Notes: generated from the sequence alone by a model not told the origin. A DNA stretch of 64,000 nucleotides from Calditrichota bacterium (GCA_020637395.1 JACJWA010000001.1:1327228-1391227), one strand, 5' to 3'. Shown: positions 1-8,856, counted from the stretch's first letter. Translations and numbers: made by a program.

Positions 1-1
1 T

Positions 2-3000
2 GATCGTGCGTGGTGCGCCGCACACACGAGTCAGGTTCCTTCGAACCCGTCCACCAAACAGTACATGCGGCAGATCATGCTGCAGCACGGCATGCCGACT
101 GTGGACTTTGACGTTTTTTCAAGCGGCATGAATGCGACCACTCTTGCCACCCGGTTGAATGCTGGTGTGTGCGTCTTCAATGACCGCATGTCATGGATCG
201 GCGAGTTCAATGCGACGGCTTTGAGTGGTGTCAATGTGGGGGAGCAACTGCCGTATGTCTGGGTGGTGACTTGCGCCACAGGAACCTTTGATGATTCCTT
301 TGGGGACCAGGCGTTGACCGAGGCTTTCATGACCGAAGACGAAGCGATTGGCTGCGTTGGAATGTCGGGCGCGGGCACCCATACTCGCTTTAACAACATC
401 CTCGACGGCGGCGGTATGCAAACCATATTTGCCTATGACATCCGCGAAACCGGAATGGCTGTGATCGGCGCGAAGCTCGAGCTCTACAAGAATTTCTACT
501 CGATCTTCCCTTCCAATGTCAGTGACTTCTCGGCCTGGTGCAATCTGCAGGGCGATCCCGGGGTGCCAGTGTACCTTGCCCGCCCGAAGACTCTTGAAGT
601 GACGCATCCAGTGACGGTCACTCGCGGCACGAACAACGTCGGAGTCATCGTGGAGTCGGACGGACTTCCCGTGACAAATGCTTTGGTTGGATTGACCAAA
701 GGCACGGAAACCTTTGCGCGCGGATACACGGACGAAAACGGCGAAATCAATCTACCCGTAGGTCTTCCCACGACCGGAACTCTCGATATTGTTGTGACAG
801 GCAAGGATCTGCTCCCCTATGTGAGCACAATCAACGTCATCAATGTCGCGGCCTCGCTGTCCTACAGTTCAAGCTCTCTGACCGGCGATCCGAGTCCCGG
901 CCAAATCGTCAGCGTGAATATTGTCCTGCAGAACACCGGAACTTCGCAGACGGTCACAGGAATCACAGGAACTCTGACCAGCGCTTCACCGAATATCGGA
1001 ATCGTCAATGGTGTGCGTAGCTATCCGAACCTGACGGTTGGAGCGACGTCCGGACCGACTTCGCCGTTTACGATTGCGATTGGGTCCGTTGCGGACAATG
1101 AGCCCATCGCTCTGTTTCTTAATATGACTTCATCGGCAGGCTCTCAAGTGATTCGGGTGGACGTAACACCCGCTTCCGCGAGCGTCGTCTATGTATCAAG
1201 CTCTTTCCCGGATGGAAACAATCAGATTGAGCCGGGTGAAACAGGCAACTTGATCGTGACCATGCAGAACAACGGTTCCCGGAGTTTCACCGGTGCTACA
1301 GCGATTCTGAGATCCTTGAACAACTATGTGACAGTCACCGATGCGGACGGCACATTCGGCACCGTGAACGCCGGAGCCAACGCGACAAACGCAGCGAATC
1401 CGTTTGGCGTCAGCGCACTTGTTGCCACGCCGCGCGGATTTCAGGCGATGATGGAGCTGGTTGTTCTGGATGCCAATGGCAACCGTGACTCGACAAACTT
1501 CCTGCTCCCTGTCGGAACCGTATCGGCAACCGCGCCGACCGGACCCGATAGCTATGGCTATCTGGCATATGAGAACAGTGACACGCAACCAGCCAATTCA
1601 CAGCCGCAGTTTGAATGGATTGAAATCTGCCCGGCGCTTGGCGGCACCGGACAGTCTCTGGGATTCACCGATGGCGGCGAAGATCAAGACGACATCGCGA
1701 CGAGAGTCCTGCCCTTCTCGTTCCAATTCTACGGCCAGCAGTTTGATACGATCACGATCTGCTCGAACGGCTGGGTTGCCTTTGGAAACACGACGCAGAT
1801 TGACTACCGTAACTTCCACATGGGTTCGCCGCTTGGCCCGCCCAACATGATCGCCGCCTTCTGGGATGATCTTGTCGTGGATAGTTTGACCAATGGCGGT
1901 GTCTATGTTAAGAGCGACGCGGCAAACGGACGATACATCATCGAGTGGATTACGCGGTGCATCTGGGCAGGTGTCGGCACGGCTCCGCAGACGTTCCAGG
2001 TTGTGCTCTATGATCCCGCTGTGGAGCCGAGCCAGACTGGCGATGGAAAAATTCTCGTGCAGTATCTCGACTATACGGAAGATCCGAACGACATCGGTTT
2101 TGACAACTACTACTCCACCGTGGGAATTCAGAATGAAAATCACACCGACGGCTTGGAAATCACCTATTGGAATGCAGCGACTCCCGGATCCACTCCGCTT
2201 GCGGACGGCAGAGCTATCCTATTCACAACGGACTTCTCCGGTGCGATCAATCCGCACTTTGCGCTGATCTCTCCCAACGGCGGCGAGCTGTGGCTGCAAG
2301 ATTCGACCGTGTCGGTTATCTGGTCTCCCGCGCTCGTCACCGGTAATGTCAATATCGAATTGTCCCGCAATGGATTGACTGGTCCGTGGTCGCCTATCGT
2401 TTTGAACACACCAAATGATGGCCAACATTCCTTTGTTGCCAGCGGCCCGCAGTCGGAATCCTGTCGTGTGCGGATTACGTCCGTAAACACACCCGATTCC
2501 ACGGACGTTAGCGCCGGCGATTTCACCATTGCGGCAGTCGTTGTACTGACATCCGAGAATTTTGATACAGGCGCTCCCGGATGGACACACACGTCACCGG
2601 GCGGATGGGGCGACCAATGGCACATCAGCATGGAGCGTGCGCTGAGCGGAGCAAGTTCTTACAAGTGCGGCGACACCGGAACCGGGACCTATGCAAACCT
2701 TCTCGATGCTCAGCTCACTTCACCTGTGATCAGCAACCTGCCGGCGAGCGCGGTCCTCGAGTTCTCGCATCAAATCGAAGGAGAGCTTTCTACCCAATAT
2801 CCTGACTCTGCCTATGATGGGGGTTGGGTCGAGATTTCGGCTGACGCAGGACCGTTTACGTCAATCTACCCCTCGGAAGACTATCCCAAAACCACGCGCC
2901 ACGAGTCTGGAAGCGGCAATCCCTACAGCGGGCCTGTTCCCGGACAGGACTGCTATTCCGGCACCGTAGATGCGTGGACTCGTGAACAATTCGATTTGTC

Positions 3001-3340
3001 CGCTTACGAAGGCAGTAACATTCAGCTACGCTGGAGATTTGCGTCTGACGGCGGAGCCACCCGCGAAGGCTGGTACATTGATGATGTTTCGGTCTATGGC
3101 ATTGCTGCTATCCCGCAACCGGTCATGCCGATTGGTGTGACGATTTCAATCTCGGGAAATGATGTTGTTCTCAGATGGAGCGCGGACGAGAATGTCGCCT
3201 ATCGAGTTTACAGCAGCACAAGTTCCACTCCGCCCTTTCTGACCATCGAAGGCGAGACCAGCAACACGGAGTTCACGATCACGGACGGCGCGCTTTCTCC
3301 GCAAATGTTCTACTACGTCGTGGGGTGGAACGGTCAGTAG
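2..3340 (+). CDS. Peptidase C25 (gingipain-like) family large secreted multidomain protein, 5'-truncated by the window edge; paralog of 3630..8756
   Basis: Frame 2 is open from nt 2. DRAWCAAHTSQVPSNPSTKQYMRQIML aligns with FTRAHCTAHTAFIFSNPSMKEYVRQIML of the downstream paralog, so the ATG at 65 is internal. Shared motifs: FN[DH]RMSWIGE, TC[AG]TG.F, KGTETFARGYTD. Ends with a jelly-roll/MAM-like domain (GWYIDDVSVYG) and an FN3-like tail. Confidence 0.8.
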   Translation, partial: DRAWCAAHTSQVPSNPSTKQYMRQIMLQHGMPTVDFDVFSSGMNATTLATRLNAGVCVFNDRMSWIGEFNATALSGVNVGEQLPYVWVVTCATGTFDDSFGDQALTEAFMTEDEAIGCVGMSGAGTHTRFNNILDGGGMQTIFAYDIRETGMAVIGAKLELYKNFYSIFPSNVSDFSAWCNLQGDPGVPVYLARPKTLEVTHPVTVTRGTNNVGVIVESDGLPVTNALVGLTKGTETFARGYTDENGEINLPVGLPTTGTLDIVVTGKDLLPYVSTINVINVAASLSYSSSSLTGDPSPGQIVSVNIVLQNTGTSQTVTGITGTLTSASPNIGIVNGVRSYPNLTVGATSGPTSPFTIAIGSVADNEPIALFLNMTSSAGSQVIRVDVTPASASVVYVSSSFPDGNNQIEPGETGNLIVTMQNNGSRSFTGATAILRSLNNYVTVTDADGTFGTVNAGANATNAANPFGVSALVATPRGFQAMMELVVLDANGNRDSTNFLLPVGTVSATAPTGPDSYGYLAYENSDTQPANSQPQFEWIEICPALGGTGQSLGFTDGGEDQDDIATRVLPFSFQFYGQQFDTITICSNGWVAFGNTTQIDYRNFHMGSPLGPPNMIAAFWDDLVVDSLTNGGVYVKSDAANGRYIIEWITRCIWAGVGTAPQTFQVVLYDPAVEPSQTGDGKILVQYLDYTEDPNDIGFDNYYSTVGIQNENHTDGLEITYWNAATPGSTPLADGRAILFTTDFSGAINPHFALISPNGGELWLQDSTVSVIWSPALVTGNVNIELSRNGLTGPWSPIVLNTPNDGQHSFVASGPQSESCRVRITSVNTPDSTDVSAGDFTIAAVVVLTSENFDTGAPGWTHTSPGGWGDQWHISMERALSGASSYKCGDTGTGTYANLLDAQLTSPVISNLPASAVLEFSHQIEGELSTQYPDSAYDGGWVEISADAGPFTSIYPSEDYPKTTRHESGSGNPYSGPVPGQDCYSGTVDAWTREQFDLSAYEGSNIQLRWRFASDGGATREGWYIDDVSVYGIAAIPQPVMPIGVTISISGNDVVLRWSADENVAYRVYSSTSSTPPFLTIEGETSNTEFTITDGALSPQMFYYVVGWNGQ

Positions 3341-3370
3341 CACTTGGCAAATGCACAATTGGATGAACAC

Positions 3371-3399
3371 GGGCCGGCGGAAACGCCGGTCCTTTTTTT
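3371..3399 (+). terminator. Rho-independent terminator after the first C25 paralog
   Basis: 9-bp GC-rich stem gggccggcg / cgccggtcc (one G-U pair), GAAA loop, then a run of 7 T. Confidence 0.8.
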
Positions 3400-3520
3400 G
3401 GCTCATCCGATACTCAAGCGAGGACTTGAATATTACAATAGGCGAGGCGATGGTCCAAATCCCCGCGCATCCCATGCCCATTGTAATGTAAATATTTATT
3501 TACGCTACTCTTGAGACACG

Positions 3521-3562
3521 CTGTGAATTTCGATTCACAGGGGCGCGTCGTTGCATTCACAG
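3521..3562. promoter_or_regulatory. Candidate operator: perfect 8-bp inverted repeat plus a third direct half-site upstream of the 1708-aa C25 gene
   Basis: CTGTGAAT-ttcg-ATTCACAG at 3521..3540. The 8-mer ATTCACAG recurs at 3555..3562, 22 nt after the copy at 3533..3540. The site lies about 70-110 nt upstream of the ATG at 3630. Confidence 0.45.
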
Positions 3563-3629
3563 CCAAATTGCGCTAAATTATTGATTCATTGAAACTACGC
3601 CTTTGACAAAATATTGAGAGAGTGAAACG

Positions 3630-6600
3630 ATGTCTATGAACATTCGTCCCTGGGTTTACTCCTTGGCCTGCATCTTTGGGATGCTAACGATGTTGTCGGA
3701 ATCGCATGGCTCGCAGTCTACCCCTTCCGTCCCCCCTACCCCCGCCAATTTCTGGGAATTCACCGGTCCTGAACAAGTTCAGCCCATGCCTTTCGAGGTC
3801 GTGGAGCCTGATCCGTCGGCGGTTCACGTGCGGTTCTTCGATCCTGTCTTGAACTACAGTCAGGTCGAGTTCGAGAATCAGTCATTCACCCGAGTAAGTA
3901 TGCCTGCCGAAGGCACGACGACCAAGCAGGGTGAGCCCGATTTGCCGCGCGTCAGCAAGCTGATCATGGTCAACAGAACCGGAGAAGTTCGCGTCACAGT
4001 CACGAACAGCTCGTTCACGACGATGACCGACATTGATGCGGCTCCCAAGCAGCCCTATGAAGGTGAAGAGCTTGCGAACAGCCTCGATGACATGAGCTTC
4101 GCCTATGATAACGATCTCTATGCGCAGGACGCTTGGTATCCGCAAGAGATCGCCGTGATATCCACGCCTGCGACGCTGCGTGATGTTCGATTTGTGTCGC
4201 TGTCCGTGGCGCCGGTTCAATTCAACCCGGCTCGCCGCGAACTGCGCATCTACGACAACATTGAAGTCGCAATTGAGGATATCGGCGGCATCGGCGAAAA
4301 CGAGATCGTGGTAAATCCCGAGTTCATCTCGCCAAGCTTCAAGAAACTCTATCGGAGCTTCGAGAACTTCGCCGGAAGCTCTCTCGATGAATTGCCGACG
4401 CTTCCCGGGAAGTATCTGGTCATCTGCCCGAACAATGCGACCAACACGACGGAGGCTCAGCGCCTCGTGGACTGGCATCGCCGTAAGGGACTCGATGCGT
4501 CCTACGTCACGCTGACGACGACGGGTTCAACCGCGACCAACGTTCGCGACTACATCAGCAGTCAATATGTCTCCAGCAACGGCGCGCTTGAATTCGTTTG
4601 CATGATGGGCGATCCGGGCGGCGGAGCAACGTTCGCCACGCCGACCGGAAACGGCTCGCAGGGCTACGACAATTACCTCGGAGTCTTGAGTCCGTCCGGC
4701 GGACCGAACTCTGACCCCGTCCCTGACATTGCCGTCGGCAGAATTTCTTCAGACGAAGCAGGCACATTGACCGCCATGGTCACAAAGACCATCAACTACG
4801 AAGCAAATCCGTACACGGGTGACCCAGGCTGGTTCACGCGTGCACACTGCACGGCACACACCGCCTTCATCTTCTCGAATCCATCCATGAAGGAATATGT
4901 GCGTCAGATCATGCTGCAGGCCGGACAAACCTGCCTACCAGTGCAGGTGCTTTCCGGAAGCATGAGCGAATCGCTGCTTAACGCGATTTTGAGTTCGCGT
5001 CCGAGTATGTTCAACCATCGCATGTCCTGGATCGGCGAAACACCAATCACCGCTTTACAGTCAGCACCTGCGGTTGGAGGATCGGCGACAGTAGGCGGCG
5101 CGATGCCTTTTGTATATGCCATGACTTGCGGAACCGGCGACTTCACCGGTGTCGGTCAAGACGTCTCGGAAGAATGGGTGCAGCCACCGACACAGACGAA
5201 CTCCTCGCCACGCGGCGCTATCGGCTGCGTCGGTTTGCTCGGTATCAGTACGCATGTGCCCTACAACAACATTCTGGACGCCGGAGCCATGTACGGTCTG
5301 TATGTGTACGACATTCATGAAATGGGACTGATCAACATATCCGGCAAGCTTGAACTCTATAAGAATTATCAGAATTTCGAACCTCAGGAAGTCATCAACT
5401 TTTGCTACTGGGCGAACCTGATGGGTGATCCCGCGACGAAGATCTGGACCAACTTCCCGAACACGACGACGGTTTCGCACCCGGTCACGATTTCACGCGG
5501 CACTAACAATGTAACGATTTCCGTCAGCAACCCGCTGGCGGCCAACGTCGAAGGTGCTCAAGTCTGTTTGTTGAAAGGCACCGAGACCTTTGCCCGCGGA
5601 TATACCGATGCCAATGGTCAGGTGAATCTCCCGATCGCCACGCCTACCACGGGGTCACTGCTTGTGACAGTGACAAAAGATGATCAATTCCCCTATCTCG
5701 GAGCGATCACCGTAAACACCGTCGCCGCGAACCTGACTCTCTCCTCGGTTGCCGTGGATGACGACAACCTGAGCGGAACGATTGGCAACAACGACGATGT
5801 GTTAAATCCCGGCGAAACCATTGATCTGAGCATTGTGCTGACCAACACCGGAACGAACACTGTCACGGGCATCACAGGCAACCTGACCAGCACCGCGCCC
5901 GGCGTTACTATCGTGAACGGATCGCAGACCTATCCCAATATTGCGTCAGGCGGCACAGGCAGCCCTGTCTCGCCCTATCGAATTCACGTATCATCCGTGT
6001 TCAATGCAGAACCGGTGGCACTCTTCTTGAATCTGACAACAGCTCAAGGCAACTTCACGGTTCGCGCGGACTTCACTCCCGCAGCGCCGGATGTTGCTTA
6101 CAGCTCGTTCACGTTCGGCGGTCCGGGCGGCAACCTCAATCCAGACGAATCGGGCACCTTTACACCGACGATCACCAACACCGGAACGCGCCCTCTCATT
6201 GGGGCCGACGGCATTCTGAGGTCGCTCGATCCGCGCGTTTCCGTGACGGACTCCGTGGGTATCTTTGGTACGATCAATTCCGGCGCCAACGGAAACTCGT
6301 CGTCCAACACGTTTGCCATTTCGATTTCGAGTTCCATGTTCAACGGGCATATCGCTCCGATGCAGCTCGTCGTGTATGATGATAACGGCTTCAGAGACAG
6401 CACCGACTTCAATCTGACGATCGGCAGTTTCACCTCTACAAGCCCCTCTGGTCCGGACGCCTACGGCTACTATGCGTTTGACAACACCGAAACTCAAAAC
6501 GGCATAGCCTCGAACTACGAATGGATAGAGATTGCTCCCTTGTTTGGCGGGTCGGGAACTTCGCTCAATATGAGCGACCTGCAAGAAGACGATGACGATA

Positions 6601-8756
6601 CTCAGGTGCTTCCGCTGCCGTTTGACTTTACGTTCTACGGCCAAACCTACGATAGCGTCACGATTTGCTGCAACGGCTGGCTTGCCTTCGGAAACTACCC
6701 CACGATCATTGACTTCCGCAACTACCGCATGGGCTCGCCGATTGGTCCGCCGAGCATGGTCGCCGCCTACTGGGACGATTTGTACATGAACAATTCCAGC
6801 GGCGGTTCGGCGGACTCTCTGAACGTCTTCTACTACTATGACTCGATCGAGCATTACTATGTAGTGGAGTGGCGCGCACATACTCAGTACTCCGACGTGC
6901 GCGAGATCTTTGAAGTGATCATCTATGATCCCGCCTTCTATCCTTCCGGCACAGGCGATGGCAAGGTCAAGGTTCAGTACAACACCGTGAACCTGTCCGC
7001 GAACAGCAATAGCAACGACAATGACTACGCTTCTGTTGGTATTCAGAACTTCGACCATTCCACCGGACTTGACTACTACTACTGGAATCAGTACGGACCT
7101 GGCGCGGCCAGTCTCGTCAACGGACGTTCGATTCTCTACACCACAGACGACTCCGGCCAGTTGAATGCGTCCGTCACTCTGAACGCACCGAACGGCGGCG
7201 AAACTTACTACCTCGGCCAAAGCTACAACATTCTCTGGCAAACCACGGCGATTTCCGGAAATGTCGGCATTGAGCTGATGCGTTCCTATCCAGGCGGCAC
7301 GTGGGAAACACTGGTCACGAGCACGCCTAATGATGGCGTATACTCTTGGACGGCCAGCGGCGCCGCTTCGACGACTTCGAGACTCAGAGTTTACAGCGTT
7401 GCACAACCCGCCTTTGGTGATTCATCAGATGCCAACTTCCAGATTGCTGTTCCATTGGTGCAGGTGCAAACTCCGAACGGAGGAGAGTTGCTTACCCCGG
7501 GCGAACCTTATGGTATTGCCTGGACTTCGACGGGACTCGGCCCTGCTTCGGTCGAAGTGAATCGTGATTATCCCGGAGGTTCATGGGAGCTTCTTTCGAG
7601 TTCAGCGTCAGATGGTTACCAATGGATGGTCACTGGTCCGGCTACGAACAATGCACGCATCCGGATCAAGGGCATTGCCTATTCCCTCGCTTCGGACGAA
7701 TCCAACGCATCCTTCTCTATTGGCCAGGTTCCTGTCTTGACGCACAAGCAGCAGGCAGATCAAGCCGCTGGCCCTGCCACGCTGATTGCTCACATGGTGG
7801 ACGATCTTCCGGGAAGCACGGTGATTCGTGCCTACTATCGGCTCATCGGCGGTGGAACGTACGATTCGGTCTCTTTTACACCTACCGGAAATCAAGACGA
7901 ATACTCTGTCACGATTGCGACGATTCCGGACGGAAGCTACGAATACTATGTCAGCGCGGTTGATCAGCAAGGATTGAGTGATCGCGTTCCTGATGCCGGC
8001 CACCTGACGTTTGATGTAGGTGACGTGTGTGTGCCGTGGATTTCATATGACGACGGCACGGCAGAGAACTACAATTGGGTGGACGGACCTGGTTTCAAGT
8101 GGGCTGTCTATTTTGATCCGGGTACCTATCCCTTCAACCTCTGCGCAGCTCAGTTTGCAGTCAACCCGGTTGCCCCGACCGATCTCAAGGGTCCGGTTGT
8201 GATCTCCGTTCAGTTGGCCGACGGACCGGGCGGAAATCCTGGCACACTGGTGTTGTCTGACACTACCGGAACCGTCAATGCAGTTGGCGGCCTTCCGGCA
8301 GGAGCAGCTTGGTCGGACGTCGTCTTTGGAAGCGTCCCCGTTTCCGGACCGTTCTATGTTGTCGTTGAGAATCTTGAACCGCGCGACTGTCCGCTCGCTT
8401 TCGGACTGGATACCAGCACGCCTTCCGGAAACTCGTTCTTCTACGACGAATGTGACGCCGCATGGTATCCCGAAACGGCCGCAGTAGAGAACGCGCGTGC
8501 CGGAAATCGCATGATTCGGGTCAGCGGGTTCAACTTCGTTGCGCCGACTGTGACGATTCAGAGCAGCGGGAACAACGTCGTTCTGCGTTGGGAGTCCACA
8601 GGCGCGCCGTTCTACAGGGTCTACGCCTCGGCGTCCCCGGAAGGACCATATGACACGTTTGTCGGCTCGACCAGCAGCACATCCTACACGCATACGAACA
8701 TTATTGCCACCGAGACCAAGTACTTCTATGTCGTAGTCTCGTCCAGCACCCCGTAG
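3630..8756 (+). CDS. Peptidase C25 (gingipain-like) family giant secreted multidomain protein (1708 aa)
   Basis: Signal peptide MSMNIRPWVYSLACIFGMLTMLSES. Propeptide-like GEPDLPRVS. Core motifs FNHRMSWIGE and AMTCGTGDF. Followed by Ig/CARDB-like segments, a NIDO-like module, two ~70-aa PNGGE repeats and an Ig-like/beta-sandwich/FN3-like C-terminal cassette. Confidence 0.85.
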   Translation: MSMNIRPWVYSLACIFGMLTMLSESHGSQSTPSVPPTPANFWEFTGPEQVQPMPFEVVEPDPSAVHVRFFDPVLNYSQVEFENQSFTRVSMPAEGTTTKQGEPDLPRVSKLIMVNRTGEVRVTVTNSSFTTMTDIDAAPKQPYEGEELANSLDDMSFAYDNDLYAQDAWYPQEIAVISTPATLRDVRFVSLSVAPVQFNPARRELRIYDNIEVAIEDIGGIGENEIVVNPEFISPSFKKLYRSFENFAGSSLDELPTLPGKYLVICPNNATNTTEAQRLVDWHRRKGLDASYVTLTTTGSTATNVRDYISSQYVSSNGALEFVCMMGDPGGGATFATPTGNGSQGYDNYLGVLSPSGGPNSDPVPDIAVGRISSDEAGTLTAMVTKTINYEANPYTGDPGWFTRAHCTAHTAFIFSNPSMKEYVRQIMLQAGQTCLPVQVLSGSMSESLLNAILSSRPSMFNHRMSWIGETPITALQSAPAVGGSATVGGAMPFVYAMTCGTGDFTGVGQDVSEEWVQPPTQTNSSPRGAIGCVGLLGISTHVPYNNILDAGAMYGLYVYDIHEMGLINISGKLELYKNYQNFEPQEVINFCYWANLMGDPATKIWTNFPNTTTVSHPVTISRGTNNVTISVSNPLAANVEGAQVCLLKGTETFARGYTDANGQVNLPIATPTTGSLLVTVTKDDQFPYLGAITVNTVAANLTLSSVAVDDDNLSGTIGNNDDVLNPGETIDLSIVLTNTGTNTVTGITGNLTSTAPGVTIVNGSQTYPNIASGGTGSPVSPYRIHVSSVFNAEPVALFLNLTTAQGNFTVRADFTPAAPDVAYSSFTFGGPGGNLNPDESGTFTPTITNTGTRPLIGADGILRSLDPRVSVTDSVGIFGTINSGANGNSSSNTFAISISSSMFNGHIAPMQLVVYDDNGFRDSTDFNLTIGSFTSTSPSGPDAYGYYAFDNTETQNGIASNYEWIEIAPLFGGSGTSLNMSDLQEDDDDTQVLPLPFDFTFYGQTYDSVTICCNGWLAFGNYPTIIDFRNYRMGSPIGPPSMVAAYWDDLYMNNSSGGSADSLNVFYYYDSIEHYYVVEWRAHTQYSDVREIFEVIIYDPAFYPSGTGDGKVKVQYNTVNLSANSNSNDNDYASVGIQNFDHSTGLDYYYWNQYGPGAASLVNGRSILYTTDDSGQLNASVTLNAPNGGETYYLGQSYNILWQTTAISGNVGIELMRSYPGGTWETLVTSTPNDGVYSWTASGAASTTSRLRVYSVAQPAFGDSSDANFQIAVPLVQVQTPNGGELLTPGEPYGIAWTSTGLGPASVEVNRDYPGGSWELLSSSASDGYQWMVTGPATNNARIRIKGIAYSLASDESNASFSIGQVPVLTHKQQADQAAGPATLIAHMVDDLPGSTVIRAYYRLIGGGTYDSVSFTPTGNQDEYSVTIATIPDGSYEYYVSAVDQQGLSDRVPDAGHLTFDVGDVCVPWISYDDGTAENYNWVDGPGFKWAVYFDPGTYPFNLCAAQFAVNPVAPTDLKGPVVISVQLADGPGGNPGTLVLSDTTGTVNAVGGLPAGAAWSDVVFGSVPVSGPFYVVVENLEPRDCPLAFGLDTSTPSGNSFFYDECDAAWYPETAAVENARAGNRMIRVSGFNFVAPTVTIQSSGNNVVLRWESTGAPFYRVYASASPEGPYDTFVGSTSSTSYTHTNIIATETKYFYVVVSSSTP

Positions 8757-8825
8757 GCCTTGCTGAGAAGCACAAAAAAGCGGGCGCACCTTAAGAAGTG
8801 CGCGCCGCTCGCTCTGAAGAGAGAA

Positions 8826-8856
8826 CAGCCGTGAATCGCTTCACGGCTGTTTTTTT
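8826..8856 (+). terminator. Rho-independent terminator after the 1708-aa C25 gene
   Basis: 10-bp stem cagccgtgaa / ttcacggctg, loop tcgc, then 7 T. Confidence 0.85.

Noticed and set aside
3603-3608. TTGACA hexamers only 21 and 28 nt upstream of the start codons of the 1708-aa C25 gene (3603..3608) and the EEP gene (38360..38365), possibly indicating leaderless or near-leaderless transcripts.
   Set aside because: No convincing -10 element lies at the right spacing in either case, so the hexamers could be coincidental. I did not call them as promoters.
5991-7406. 471-aa ORF antisense to the 1708-aa C25 gene. Similar long antisense ORFs occur at 8043..8789, 3882..4478, 1598..2143, 12400..13242, 47033..47689 and 54567..55316.
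   Set aside because: Their composition is Arg/Ala/Gly/Val-rich and low in complexity. They have no recognisable motifs and lie entirely inside strongly supported genes on the other strand. These are typical shadow ORFs of GC-rich coding sequence.
8779-8812. Imperfect GC-rich inverted repeat (gcgggcgcac...gtgcgcgccgc) just after the C25 stop codon.
   Set aside because: The stem is imperfect and there is no T-tract. The clean terminator 15 nt further on (8826..8856) explains termination.
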